Shown here: positions 25,124-39,194 of the stretch, in pieces
Layout: every line of letters begins with the position of its first letter
Numbering within the stretch: position 1 is the first letter of the stretch
Assembly: GCA_002104945.1 (NCBI GenBank)
Contig: MCFH01000061.1
Coordinates: 248,001 to 312,000, forward strand
Source of the DNA: Piromyces finnis finn
Lineage: Eukaryota > Fungi > Neocallimastigomycota
Reading direction: 5' to 3'
Length of the DNA: 64,000 nucleotides
The notes under the pieces: generated by a model
What the model was told of the DNA's origin: nothing
The model's database searches: none
Seen by the model: the letters and a program-made list of their open reading frames with translations, nothing else
Made by a program: the position numbers and the translations under genes

Positions 25124-27544
25124 TTACTTTTCATTATTAATCCTAGTATTAATTGATGCATTATCCTGAAAGATTCTAATAAAAGTTTCAAGAGTATACT
25201 TGTTCATAATAGGATTAAAACGTGCAAATACTTGATCGGTGAACTTTAAAATATTTCTTGGTAATGTGGTTGAAGTTTTACTACCTAAACATATTTTACG
25301 ATATAAATATAATATATATTCATTTCGACTTGGATATCTACCATAGGTATCAACAAAATTACCAAAATGCTTATCTAACGATAAAATTGGACGAGTGGTA
25401 TCAAGAATAGTACTTAATTCTTCTAACCATGTAACTCCTTCCTTGACATAATAATATGGTCTACAAGTGTTTTCACTAATCTTGACATTGAACTTGTCAA
25501 TATTAGCATCCCATTCCTTCCAAAAATCATGAATTGCGGATGTTGCATTATCACTTCCACTTGGCTTTCCTTGAATCAGCGGCATAATATTGATATCGGT
25601 TAAACTTTTTTGAACATCAACGAAATCAATAAGCCATGCTAATTCATCTAAACTAATTCTACCATCTTGAACTGCATTATAGCATACAGTAGACAGACTC
25701 TGAACGCATCTCATTCTATTTTCATCCTTGATTTCACCATCAATTGGAATAAATAAATCACCGCATACACCACCTGAAGACATTGGTGAATTTTCGTCAA
25801 CGTTAATGAAAAGTGTAGCGTTTTGAAGGCCATTCTTGTAGACGTCTAATAATTTTGGATTCTTCTTAAAGTACGATAAAAGATGTGCTAAAATTTCAAG
25901 ACGATGAACAAATGGCTGAAATTCGTTTGGTAATTCAATAGCATACAACGCTAAAATTTGTAATAAATCCTTGTAGTGACTCAAGTGAGTATAGAGTAAA
26001 TTTAAATTTGAAGGAATCTTTGGAATCAAGAATGGAGAAATTAAACAAGTCCAAGCTGCTGTTGGATAAAATACTCTTGCTTGTGGTAAATTGGATAAAC
26101 CACTCAAAGAAATGGAAGTAGTAAAATGAGAGAAACGATACTTGACTTGAGCTTCAATAAATGGTTCAATATCCTTCAAGTAAGGAATTTGATTTGTCTT
26201 TATTAATCTATATAAAACGAAAAACCATAAATGAATATCTCCTAAATGCTTTCCTCCCGTAATAATCTTCATTAATGACCAATTTGCTGACTTGACATGT
26301 TCATCATTTTCACCCAATGGAATGGCACCAATAATGGTTCTACGAGTGAACGGTGACTTTACGATTGGATTTGAAGATTGTAATGAAGCACGATAATTCT
26401 TTAATGAAATTGAATGATCAATGTATGCCTTGAATTTGGTAACAAATTCATCAACGTACAACGCATTTAATGGACAATTAAGCATGTATTCTGTCATCTT
26501 TTTGTCAAATCCAAATAGAACTGGTCTTTGTTCCTCATTGTTATCAACGGTGATAAGAATCATTGGATCTGTTTCGTAATCGATGGAAATTGGACATTCC
26601 CATTGAGAAGTACCCACGGATGATTCTATATTTAAATTTTGAATGTCTTCAACTTCAGTGACCTCGGTAGTATTTGCAGTGAATGCCCTAAATGTTTGTA
26701 GCTTGTTAATATTGAATACTTGTTTTAATCCTCCATCACTCATACGAATTAACGAATTTATCTTGGATTGGAAATCACTACTTAATACCGAGGTAAAACA
26801 CTTTATAACTTCTGTCTTTGCTTCTTCATAATTCTTATCTTGCATAACTAATGTATCAATTCTTTCATTCTTATTTTCTTCCTTTTTGGCATTATTAGAA
26901 TTAATTCTCTTTTGCATTAATAAAACTGACCTTCTTAATTCCTTATCTCCATCTGTACCTAAATATCTGGCAATAAATGCCTTTTCCAAAGATGGATACT
27001 TTAAATCAAATTCTTCCATGGTATTGATGGAATCAATTTGATCAATGGTCTTTAAATCTTCATCAGAAACAGCAATGATTTGGTCCTCACTATTTAAATT
27101 CTTAACAATTGTTTTACTTGCGTTAAAACGGGTGAAAGGACAAGCAATACTTAGATTAGCATTATTTCCTAATAAATAAACTTCTGTATAATTACATTTG
27201 AAATCGTCAGCATGTCTTTTGATAGTTTCATCAAGTAAATCCACCTCATGATTACAAACCATTCCATCGGAAATTAAAATAAATTCAGAATAAGTAGCCT
27301 TTTGATGTTTTGAAAACACTGAATTAAATAAGCACTTTGGATCGGTTCCTCCATTACCATCCTTTGTACTGTTGATTTCCATATATTCATCCCATGTAAC
27401 AAACTTTGATTCAGTATCCCAAATAATAATTTCATCTCCTTCATTAAATTTTGCCTTTAAAATAGAAAGAACATTTGAGTGATAAAATGTATCATTCCCA
27501 GTTGAACCACTGTAATCAATAGCAAAACACTTATTAAGGGTCAT
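25124..27544 (-). CDS. Intronless 806-aa vWA (MIDAS) domain protein, copy 2 (inverted paralog of 4663-7089)
   Basis: Aligns end to end with copy 1. About 500 bp of upstream DNA (27545-28015) is also the reverse complement of about 4160-4662. Confidence 0.85.
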   Translation of the reverse strand: MTLNKCFAIDYSGSTGNDTFYHSNVLSILKAKFNEGDEIIIWDTESKFVTWDEYMEINSTKDGNGGTDPKCLFNSVFSKHQKATYSEFILISDGMVCNHEVDLLDETIKRHADDFKCNYTEVYLLGNNANLSIACPFTRFNASKTIVKNLNSEDQIIAVSDEDLKTIDQIDSINTMEEFDLKYPSLEKAFIARYLGTDGDKELRRSVLLMQKRINSNNAKKEENKNERIDTLVMQDKNYEEAKTEVIKCFTSVLSSDFQSKINSLIRMSDGGLKQVFNINKLQTFRAFTANTTEVTEVEDIQNLNIESSVGTSQWECPISIDYETDPMILITVDNNEEQRPVLFGFDKKMTEYMLNCPLNALYVDEFVTKFKAYIDHSISLKNYRASLQSSNPIVKSPFTRRTIIGAIPLGENDEHVKSANWSLMKIITGGKHLGDIHLWFFVLYRLIKTNQIPYLKDIEPFIEAQVKYRFSHFTTSISLSGLSNLPQARVFYPTAAWTCLISPFLIPKIPSNLNLLYTHLSHYKDLLQILALYAIELPNEFQPFVHRLEILAHLLSYFKKNPKLLDVYKNGLQNATLFINVDENSPMSSGGVCGDLFIPIDGEIKDENRMRCVQSLSTVCYNAVQDGRISLDELAWLIDFVDVQKSLTDINIMPLIQGKPSGSDNATSAIHDFWKEWDANIDKFNVKISENTCRPYYYVKEGVTWLEELSTILDTTRPILSLDKHFGNFVDTYGRYPSRNEYILYLYRKICLGSKTSTTLPRNILKFTDQVFARFNPIMNKYTLETFIRIFQDNASINTRINNEK

Positions 27545-30500
27545 TTTTTTCCTTTTAAAATTTAAATAACTTTTTAATTTTGTTTTATAATATTAAACTC
27601 AAATTTAAAAAAAAAACGTATTAATTTATTAAATAATGAAAATGATATATAATGTAGATTAAATTTACTGAATATAAATTTAAAATAGATTGATAAATCA
27701 TTGAAAAATATTTTAAATAAATTTTTATAATTAATAAAATATATAAAATATATTGATGAATAAAAAAAAAAAAAGAAATGAATTTTTTTTGTTTATTTAT
27801 ACTTTTTTAAAAGTTTTTAAAATAACTAAATAACTAAATAAATAATATTAAGTAAAAAAAAAAAAAAAGAAAAGAAAAAAAGAATGAAAGGTAAGGTTTA
27901 GTAATTAAAAAAAAAATTAAAAATAATAATTAGAATGCATGGTTAAGTTTTTTAATTAAAATTTGATTTTATCCAATAAATTTTAATTATTGTTACTGTA
28001 ATGAACAAGTTAAAAAATATATAAATACAGAATTTTGTAATTATTAAGTTAATTATAAAATATTTTAAATACTTAAATACTTTTTCACATAAATTTGTTA
28101 AATGGATATAACCTAAAATAACATAAACATATATTAAATATAAATGTAATTTATACATGTTTTAAAGATCTATATTTTTTATAATCAATTAACTATGATA
28201 TAAAAATAATAGGTGACTTTGAACCTATTATATGTTAGTAAATTTTTCTTAATATTAAATTTATATAGTTTTTATTATTATATTAATTATTTCTAATATA
28301 GTAAAAGAATGTAATATAATGTATTATTAATGTAAGAACATATAATGTAAAATAATAATATAAATGTATAATCCATATAATTCATGCCTTATAATTGAAA
28401 AATTAGTTATTAAGTAAGCCTCATTAGAATAAATAGACTAGGAAATAGTTATTATTAAAGAGGCTTCTTGTTTTTAGTAAAGTTTTAATAATTAACAACG
28501 ACAGACTTAACGTTTTAATATTTAGATAGAATAGAAATATTGAAACGTAATAAATAAAGTTATTAATAAAACACGTATTATTAAAGCTAAATTCTTTTCT
28601 AAATAAAATTAACCCGTATCAACTAAAATATTATATGATATATGTTTCTTTTATGTTATAGTAATTTAATATTGGTTTATCTATTAGATGAAAATGTCTT
28701 ATTATTAAAAAAAAAGGTTTTCATTTTGTAAATTGTTGGCACTCCTAAAAAAATATTTATATTTAATGTACATGATTAATTTTCTTTTTTTCTAATCCTT
28801 TTAATTTTCATATTAATTATCGGTAGTAATAATTATTGTTGGTAATAATTATAATTGTTAGTAGTAATCATTATTGTCTGTAGCAATTGTTGTTAGTAAT
28901 AATAAATGTAGTTTGTAGTAGCAAATATTGGTAGTATCTGTAATCATAATGATAATGTCATTGAATAATTGTAATTGTTGTAATAATAAATCTTTCTTTA
29001 AATAAAAAAATGGAGCATAAATTTTTTAATTATTAAATATAAAAAAAGTTTTTTTTCAAAAAATTTAAACAATTCAATAGATGAATAATAAAAAAACTAA
29101 CCAAACCATGGCTATATGTATGACTCTATGGTTTTATGATTATTAATAAAAAAGAATAATTAATGATACTACTACTATTGTTATTATCATTATTATTATT
29201 AAAATCTCTTTATTATGTTTATTATTACGTTTAAATTATTGTATATAATGATTAATAAAAACCTAATTGGTAATAGTAATATAAAAATAATAAGTTTATC
29301 AAAATATCGAAAGAGATTATATTTTTAATATCCATTTGAAATTGCAATAAAAAACAACTTCTTATACCATATATCTATTAAAAAAAAGGGATATATATAT
29401 TCAAACTTTGTTTAAATTTTTAAAATATTAAAATAGGTCAATAACTTGTAACAATGAATGAATATTTAAACTATGCATTCAATATTAAAAAAATAAAAAA
29501 GATATACCAAAGTTTTAATGTACACAATTTTAAAAAACACAAATTTATTTTTAGTAATGATGATATAGGGTAAAAAAAATTTTAATTCGTAAAAAATGAC
29601 AAAAATGTAAAAAATAAAAAAAAGTATATATTACATACTATTTTATATTTTTATATAGAATTAGTATAATAATGAAGGCATAACCATTCCGAAATAAAAA
29701 TTATAGCATTAAAAAAGAATCTTGAAAAAAAGAATACTGTTTTTTTTTTAAATATTTTCATAAAAAAATGAAATTCATCCTTTTAATTCTTATTTCCAGA
29801 GTTTATTTTAAAACATTTCAAATGCCAAAAAGTAAAAAAAAAAACATAGACATATTTAATATATATTACCCAACTGAAAAAAAAAAGATATTAAATTATA
29901 TCACATCCATTAAATATAATAAAGTAAAGGATCTATGATTATAAAAATGGTTTTAGGTCAAGAAAGGAGAATTTATCAATAAATGACTACAAATTTTAAA
30001 TATTTTTTTTTGATTTATTAACGCAAAAAGTTAATAACAATATAGAGTTGTTGTTGTAGGAATGTAGAGGTAATTAATTAACATTTTCTTATGATGATTT
30101 ATGATTTTGACTTATTATATCTTAGATATCTTTTAGAACACTATATCTCAAAGATGTTGACTTATTTTTTAAAAAAAAATATATATACATCTGTACATAA
30201 TAGTTAAAATATTATTTCTTGTATTATTTAACATTACATTGAAAGAATTTTTTTTTATCCTATAAAATTTCAACGCCGATTCGAAATAGATATATATGAT
30301 ATATTAAAAAATAATATATCTATATGTTATATATCATATATTATAACATATACAATTTAAATAGTAAATTGTAGTTCATCAATTTACAATGTAATTAACA
30401 ATGTAATGTATAATGTATTATATTTAAAGAACATTCCACAAAATTTTTAAACAAATTTGTGTAACAAAATATCAGGTGAACGGATTATTTTGTTATTAAT

Positions 30501-31010
30501 TTAAGTTTAATAAAAATTTGAAAAATAACTCAAATAATTAATAAAAGGATTTTTTTTTAATAAATTTTTAATAAATATTAAAGTTTAAAATTAAAATTTG
30601 ATTTTTTATTAATATTTAAGAGTGGACTTTTCTTTTTAAGCTAAAGCAGTAATAAGAGATTATTTATAATATTTTGAAAATAATAAGAGATTATTTATAA
30701 TATTTAAAAGTAATAATAAAAGATTATTTATAATATTTTGAAAATAATTCACAATGTTGAAGTTTAACTAATTTTTTCTTCAACTATTTATACTAGACAT
30801 GTTGATAATATATATAATAATAAATCTGTAAATTTACATTTGGTGAACATTCTTGGAAGATTCTATTTCTTGAATGAAAATATGTTTGTTTTATAATATT
30901 TAAAGTTTATTAATAGATTAAATTTTGTTAATATAGGATAGCTATATAAAAATTTTAAAGTACAAGAAGCTTTCTTATTATACAATTTATGTCTTAATTC
31001 TAGACCACTA

Positions 31011-31150
31011 AATATTTAATACAAATACATTAAAGTAATACAAATACATAAATTGATAAGAAGGTTTGTAGAACATTGTAATAAATTAATATTATAAATT
31101 TACTACATTGTTTTACAAATCTATTAATTTATGTATTTGTATTAAATATT
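31011..31150. mobile_element. 140-bp foldback, MITE-like element
   Basis: Perfect 20-bp inverted repeats (aatatttaatacaaatacat at 31011-31030; its reverse complement at 31131-31150) plus an internal imperfect hairpin of about 50 bp per arm. No clear target-site duplication. Confidence 0.45.
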
Positions 31151-31519
31151 AAGCGGCAGTATAAAAAGAAACTTTAATATTCTATATTAATAATTTTAAT
31201 ATTAAACCTTAAATATTATAAAAATAAATTTAATATTCAATTGGTAAAAGAATATAAAAATATTAAAATAGTCCTTTTTTTTTTTTTCTTTAAAAAAAAA
31301 AAAAAAAAAAAAAATTACAATAATAAATTAATTGTAATTTATATAAAAAAATAATTATACATTTATTATTAGTTTAATATTATTAAATATTAAATAAAAA
31401 TTAATAAATATATATAAATAAATATAAATATATTTTGAAAGTTATTTTATTTCATATATATTATAAAAGTAATTTAATTGTGGAATCATAAATTAAGTTA
31501 TATATAAAGTATAATAACA

Positions 31520-34500
31520 ATGTTTTTTTCTAAACAATTTAAAACCATATTATGGAAAAACTTTAAGATTTTTAAGCAAAGGACCAGTATATTTCCTTGT
31601 GCTTTCGAAATCTTTTTTACTTTTCTTGTCGTAGGTTCTTTATGTAAGTTTTTGTATCTATTTTTAAATTAAATCAATAAACATTAATAATAATAATAAT
31701 AATAATAAGAAGAAGAATGGTGATAGTATCAATTATTATTTGTTTAATTATGGCAAATATATGATTATGATAATATTGATACTAATTTTTATAATATATT
31801 ATTATTTTAGCTATTCGTGATGGTAATTACCAAAAAAATGTATTCGCAGGAGCACCTTCTGATGGTATTTCTTCATCCGCTAGAACTGGTATGGCAATGG
31901 TATCAGGATATAGTGATTTTTATACAATTGCTTATGTATTACCAAATAATCAAACAGAAGTAAATGGAGAAGCATTTGTTTCATATATTACAGATAATCC
32001 TTATTTTGAAAATTATTATATTAGGAATTATACTATATTCGAAAATGAAAAAGAATTAGAAGAATTTGTACAAAAGGACAAAGATGATAGTATCTTATGT
32101 AGTGTTATTTTTAATGATGATTATACTGATTATACAATTAGAATTAAAGACTTTGAATTTTGTGGTTTTGATAATCAATATTATGCCAAGAGAAAGAGAT
32201 CTGAAGTAGATACTAAATCTGATACTATTTATACAAAAAGAGATGAATATGATAAAAGTAGTTCATTATTTATTATTACACAAACTGCTGTTAATAATGC
32301 AATTATTCAATTAAAAACTAAAGGTATGGCCAAAGGTTTAGTTATTAATGATGCTGATCACTTCCATATTGCTTCAGAAAATAGAGAAACACTTCCATCT
32401 GAAGAAAGGAAATTTTCAGGTCTTGCACCATATGTTCTCTTTTTGTGTATTGGTCAATTCTTCCATATTAATAATCGATTAATCGAAGAAAAAGAAAGCG
32501 GAATAAAAGAAGGTCTTATAACTATTGGTGTTAAACCTCACTATTTATGGTTCACTTGGGAAATTATTTACTTCCCTATTTCATTGATTATTTTTGCAAT
32601 ATTTCTTGCTTTTGATCCTTCAAACATTATAGGTGCTATCAATCCAATATTATTTATCCTCACCTATATATTCTATGTTATTTCTATGTTTAATATCGCA
32701 GCAATCGTTTCTATCCTTATTAAAAAGTCAAGAACTGTATTAGTTTTTACTTGTTTATTCATTACTTCAATAGTTATTACGAGTAAATATGTATTTAGTT
32801 TAAAGACTGAAGGAAAAGAATCAATTGAAAAAATAGTATCTTATATTGTTTCACCAATAGGAATCAGTATGGCCAGTGAAGAAATTTGTCATGAAGATGA
32901 TCTTGGCCATTATATTGAATTTTCAAATATGTTTGATAGTGATTACGGTAAATATTTTATTGGACTCATTATAAATGCTATTGTTTCATCTATCTTGCCA
33001 ATTGTTCTCGAATACCTTCGTAAACTTGATTTTAGAAGTGTCAGTTTAAGTAAATTCAATAAAGCGAAATTTGAACGTGAAGATTACAGTAGTGATATTC
33101 AAGAAGACCCAACTGGCAATGAATGTTTTGTTCAAGTTAAGAATATTTTTAAGGTATTCAAATTTAAAAATAACATTATTTTTGATCGTGATGATCAAAA
33201 TGAAAAGTCAAAAAAAATTTTTGCTGCCAATAATGACATTAGTTTCAATGTTTACAAAGACGAAATATTTGCTATTTTAGGTCACAATGGTGCTGGTAAA
33301 AGTACATTAATACAAAATATGGTTGGTATTATTACACCAGATAGTGGTGAAACCTTATATCACGGATTATCAATTTCTAAAAATAAGAAAGAAATTCGTA
33401 GCCAATTAGGTATTTGTCTTCAAAGTAATGTACTTATTAATAATTTTACTGTTGCTGATCATTTCAAACTTTACTCTGGTATTAAAGAGTGTGACGATGA
33501 AGATATTGATAAATGGTTAAAAGATATTGATTTAGAAAAGAAGAAAGATTATGAAGTCCAAAAGTTGAGTGGTGGTCAAAAAAGAAAACTTTCTATTAGT
33601 TTGGCACTTATTGGTAATCCAAAATATGTTTTCTTGGATGAACCTACTACTGGTTTAGATCCACTTTCTCGTCGTAAAATTTGGAATTTATTATTAAAGG
33701 TTAAAAAGGACAGAGTTATTTTCATTACAACACATTACATGGACGAAGCAGATATCATTGCTGATCGTAAATTAATTCTAAATAGAGGTACAATTCGTTG
33801 TTTAGGTAGTAGTATTTACTTAAAAAATCATTTCAAAATGAAATATAGTTTAGAAGTTGAAACTCATCATTTTGAAAAGATAGATAAACTAATTAAGCAA
33901 CATATTTCAGATGCCTTTAACTTTGTCGATAAAACCGAAATTGAATATTCTAATTCTTCCTCACCAAATACTTATACTTGGAAATTACCTATTGATGATT
34001 CGAATAAGCTTTCAACTCTTTTAAGAGATTTGGAAAAAGAAAAGAATAAATTGTTAGTAAACTTCTCATTAAATGCTCCTCTTTTAGAAGAATTATTTAT
34101 CAATTTAGAAAAAGAGATTGAAGAAAAGCGTAATGGAAAGGCTTCTGATCAGAATAAGGCAATTGAATTACCTCAAAATAAAAATGTTAAAAGACCTGGT
34201 ACACTTAAAACTGCATTACGACTTGGTAGTTACAGAATAAGAGTATATATTCGTCAAAAAACATATGTCTTTTTAGGTATATTAGTTCCTGTAACTGCTC
34301 TTTGTGTCTTTTTACCAACATTTAGAGATCAATTTAATGGAATAGAAGATCAATATAAAAGTTCTCTTTTTAGTTTTTACGAACTTTATGATAAAACGCC
34401 GATTTCTTCTAGCATTTATAAAAATCAAAAATGGAATTATGATATTCAGAATTCACCATCTATTAATGATACACTTACTCCTCAATTGATTCAGCAAGAA

Positions 34501-36768
34501 CTTCCTAAACTTTCTAATTCTGATTCCAGTTTAGATTTATATACGGAAGTTGAAATGGAGAAAATTTATCAATCCATTAAATCTGAACCTTATTATGTTT
34601 CAAGTTTTTCTGGTGTTGTAAATGAAAATATGCATTATTTTAATATTAATTATAATAGTTCAATGCTTTTTTCACTTCCAGTCACCGTAGATATCCTTAG
34701 TAATTCAATTTTATCTTCTTCTAATGTCAATGATACAATTAAAACCAACGTTTATTTATTTAAAACCATAGAAGACACAAAATTTAATGTTTATTCTACT
34801 TCATTGTCTACAACATTCTTTACCTTAGTTATCGTTTTATGTACAGCATTCCCACTTTCTTATTATGGTACTAATGTTATTCGTGAACGTTCTCAAAATC
34901 TATTGAAACAACTTCAATTGAATGGTATTTCTAATAAGAGTTACTGGATTTCTGTATTAATTACAGATCATTTTGTATTTTTAATTACATGCATCTTAAT
35001 TTTAATGACATTTGTGATTTGTAAATTCACTCCATTGTTCCATGTTTCCTCGATTATAGTATTGGCAGTTTATTTCTTTGTTTGTGCTATTGCTTGTTTA
35101 ATATTCCAATACTGCCTTAGTAATATTATTTCCAGTGAAAGTAGTGCATTAACTATTTTCTATCTTTTTAATATTGTTCCCCCCATTGGTGTTATATTGG
35201 AAGCCAATACTTCTGGTCTTGAAGTTGAAGCAGCAAAAGGAAATGATCTCATCTACTATACTGCTGCTTTAGTTTTTATCGTATCTTCATTCATCCCTAA
35301 CTATGGTCTTGTTCGTGTCCTTAAATCTTTGATTAATATTGGTGTTGAATATAACATCTATCGTAAAAAGATTTCAATCCTTGATATCTTGGCTCTTAAT
35401 CGCCAAGTTCCATCTTGTTTTTTAGGTGCTTTAGTAGCTATAGCTATTTATACGTTTTTGTTAGTATTACAGACTAAAAGAAGATACAATCCATCCAGGA
35501 ACGTTTTTAAAACTACAGATGAAATAAACGAAAGATTCGATAAGGAACTTCAAGAAGGAGATGAAGATATTCTTAATGAATATAAACGTGTTATGGATGA
35601 TTCTGAGGAAAACAAAATCCCAATTAAAATTGTAAAATTGGCCAAAGAATATGATGATATTGAATTTACATCAAGACAAGAACTTTTAGATGCGATGAAT
35701 CGTAAAAATCCAAAGTATGGTGAATTCCATATGTCAACTATGGGTAGTCGTCGTGTTGTCATGACTCCATTCGAAAATGTTTCATTAGGTGTGGATACAT
35801 GCGAATGCTTTGGTATTCTTGGTCCAAATGGTTCTGGTAAATCAAGTTTATTAAACACGACCTCTTTTACTTTCCCACAAACATTGGGTAAAATTACCTA
35901 TGATGGTAAGAATACAACTGAAAGAAAAGGTAATGAAATTACTCTTGGTTACTGTCCTCAAGAAGATACACTCTGGAATGAATTTACTTTATTTGAACAC
36001 ATTGAAATGTTCTTGTATCTTCGTGGTTACTCCAAAAAAGAAGCCAAAAAGATTGCAAAGCAATTTATTAGCTATTGTCGTTTAACAGAACATCGTAATA
36101 AGATGCCATATGAATTGAGTGGTGGTACACGTCGTAAATTAAACATCCTCATTGCTCTCTGTTGTTCTTCAACCAAAATTATTATGGACGAGCCTTCTGC
36201 TGGTATGGATCCTTCTACTCGTCGTTATGTTTGGGATATCATTAAATCTTCTTTACAAACCAACAAGTCTTCCACCATTATGTCTACTCATTCTATGGAA
36301 GAAGCCGAATTATTATGTAATCGTATTGCCATTATGATCGAGGGAAAAATAAGATGTATTGGAACACCAGAACATTTGAAAATGAAATATGGTAATACCT
36401 ATATCATGGATGTTCACACAAAAGATATTGAAAAATTCCATGAAGAAGTTGTTGTTGGTAAACAATTATTTGGTGAGAGTGAATATGAACGTGAAGATAA
36501 GTCACATCAAAGAGTTAAGTATGAAGTTAAATGTAATTCTAGTAATATTAGTAAGGTCTTTGAAATTATGGAATCTTGTAGGGAAGAAGATTTATTCTAT
36601 GATTATAGTTACAGTCAAACCTCTCTTGAACAAGTATTCCTAAACTTTGCTCTTAAAAGTTCTGAATATGATGGTGATGGTGAAAATGATGACGAAAGTG
36701 ACAAAACAGAAAAGGAAAATGACCAAAGTGACAAAACAGAAAAGGAAAATGACGAAAGTAAAAAATGA
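31520..36768 (+). CDS. ABC transporter subfamily A, full-size (TMD-NBD)x2, 2 exons, about 1693 aa
   Basis: Exon 1 is 31520-31643 (MFFSKQFKTILWKNF, typical ABCA N-terminus). Exon 2 is 31811-36768, in frame with the listed ORF. Walker A GHNGAGKS and GPNGSGKS; signatures LSGGQ and LSGGT; Walker B LDEPTTGLD and MDEPSAGMD. Confidence 0.95.
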
Positions 36769-37217
36769 AAGTATTAAATAATATGAAGGAAAAAAAATAT
36801 TTAAATATTTAATATTTTTTTTTAAAAAAAAAAAAAGATTAAATAATTTCAAGAAATACTTTACAAATAAATTTATTATATAAAAATATAATAACTATAT
36901 ATTTTTTTAATTTAATAGTCAGGAAATAATATTAAAATAAGAAAAATAAAATTCTAAATCATTAATATAAAATTATAATTTCAAAATATAAACTTTTTAA
37001 TAAAAATTATAATTTCGTAAATATAATGTTAATCCTATCTATTTATGGTATATTTATAAGTAAACCATAAATAAATAAAAATTTATTGTAATAGTAGTAA
37101 TTTTAAAGAAAAATGAAAAAAATAACTAAATAACAAATAATAAATAATAATAAATAATAAATGAAAATAAAGTCAATAAAAAAAAAATAAATAAAATGGG
37201 AAAATAAAATTAATGAG

Positions 37218-37683
37218 TATTTTATTTTATTTTATTTTATTTTATTTTATTTTATTTTATTTTATTTTATTTTATTTTATTTTATTTTATTTTATTTTAT
37301 TTATTTTATTTTATTTTATTTTATTTTATTTTATTTTATTTTATTTTATTTTATTTTATTTTATTTTATTTATTTTATTTTATTTTATTTTATTTTATTT
37401 TATTTTATTTTATTTTATTTTATTTTATTTTATTTTATTTTATTTTATTTTATTTTATTTTATTTATTTTATTTTATTTTATTTTATTTTATTTTATTTT
37501 ATTTTATTTTATTTTATTTTATTTTATTTTATTTTATTTTATTTTATTTTATTTTATTTTATTTTATTTTATTTTATTTTTTTTTTTTTATTTTATTTTA
37601 TTTTATTTTATTTTATTTTATTTTATTTTTTTTTATTTTATTTTATTTTATTTTATTTTATTTTATTTTATTTTTTATTTTTT
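37218..37683. repeat. (TATTT)n pentanucleotide microsatellite, about 460 bp
   Basis: Read directly; it produces the spurious FILFY ORF. Confidence 0.97.
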
Positions 37684-39194
37684 CATGCGTAACGCTACTC
37701 TTTTGAAAAATTCTCTATTGGTAACTTTAATATTCATAAAGTGAATTTGTATTCACTAAAAGAATAATTCTTTATTTTTATTTATTATTTTTTTTACATC
37801 CTTTAAAAAAATACTAATCTTATTGAACCTTGAAGAATTTTAATTATAAAAAAAAAAAAAAAGTTGATATTATTATAGATCATCATTATCAAAATAGGTG
37901 TTACAATTCTGATAAAGGACAATTTCTAATTCTCAGGTAAAGTTTTTTTAAAAGAAACTAATAAAATTTAATCTTATTTAATGGTAAAAAAATAAAAAAA
38001 AAAAAAAAATTATTATTTTTGAATTGTTAGATGACTCAGGTGAGTTTAAGCAATCTAAAGTATTAAATATATTTTGTTTTTTTTTTTAAAAAAAGAAAAA
38101 ATCTAAAATTTTTTGTTTTAAAACATATTTATAAATAAAATTATACAGTATTTATTCTTGTAGTTTTATAGAAATCATATCCAAAAAACGAATGCACTCG
38201 GAAGTTAAAAAATAAAAAAATCCAAGAAACGTGTATATATAAGTTATATTGATTAAGATTTAAAATCGTTTTTATAAAAATTAATAAAATTGTTTTGTTA
38301 AAACACTAAATTGTTTTATTAGAAACACTTGTTTTTCTAATATTTAAATATTTAAAATTTTTATTTATTTAAGTATAAAAGTGATTATTAAAATTATAAA
38401 ATATTAATCTAACTATATATAATATTTCTTTATTAATAATAATAATAATGATTAAAATAAGAATATTTACATGTATTTATATTTTCTTTTAAATTTAAAC
38501 GTTTTAGAAATAGAGTAGTAACTATTATTAAATAAGAACATTTTAACAAGAATACATAATATTGAAAAAAAAAATAATGCTTTTTTTTTTTCTTTACATT
38601 TTAGTTTTTGTCATAAAAAACTTAAAACTACATTTTATATATATAAAACACTTTTTTTTTTTTTAGAAAAGGTTTATATCTATATCGCTATAATTATAAA
38701 ACATAAAATAAAAAAAAGAAATAAAAATTTTAATAATTTTTAACATTGAAGTATTTAGTTTTTAAATACATTTTATTTCAATTATAAAATAGAACTCTTT
38801 CATTAATGAAAAAAGGTATTTTGATAATTAATACAAATGAATAAATTTCTAATTTCAAACATGTTTTTATTTAAAATATTTATAATAAAAAATAGTTTTA
38901 GCTATTCATATAAATACTATAAAAATTTTTAAATATTAATAATTTTTTATTGATATTGATAAGAGTATTGTGCTGATATAAATATAATCAATAATAAAAT
39001 ATATTTTATGTATTTTATTATAACATAAATAATATTATATTGAAATAAATATTATATATATATATTATAAATTGTTATAAATATTGTGTGTATATAAATA
39101 TAAATGCGTTGATAATAAAATTTAAAGAGTTGAAATAAAATGTTCATTTCAACAAAGATATACAAAGAGATTGTATCATTTTAATAAAATAGTA

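Noticed and set aside
33071-36852. Small ORFs nested in or antisense to the ABCA gene
   Set aside because: Alternate-frame shadows with no independent signals.
37213-37692. FILFY-repeat ORF
   Set aside because: Translation of (TATTT)n.
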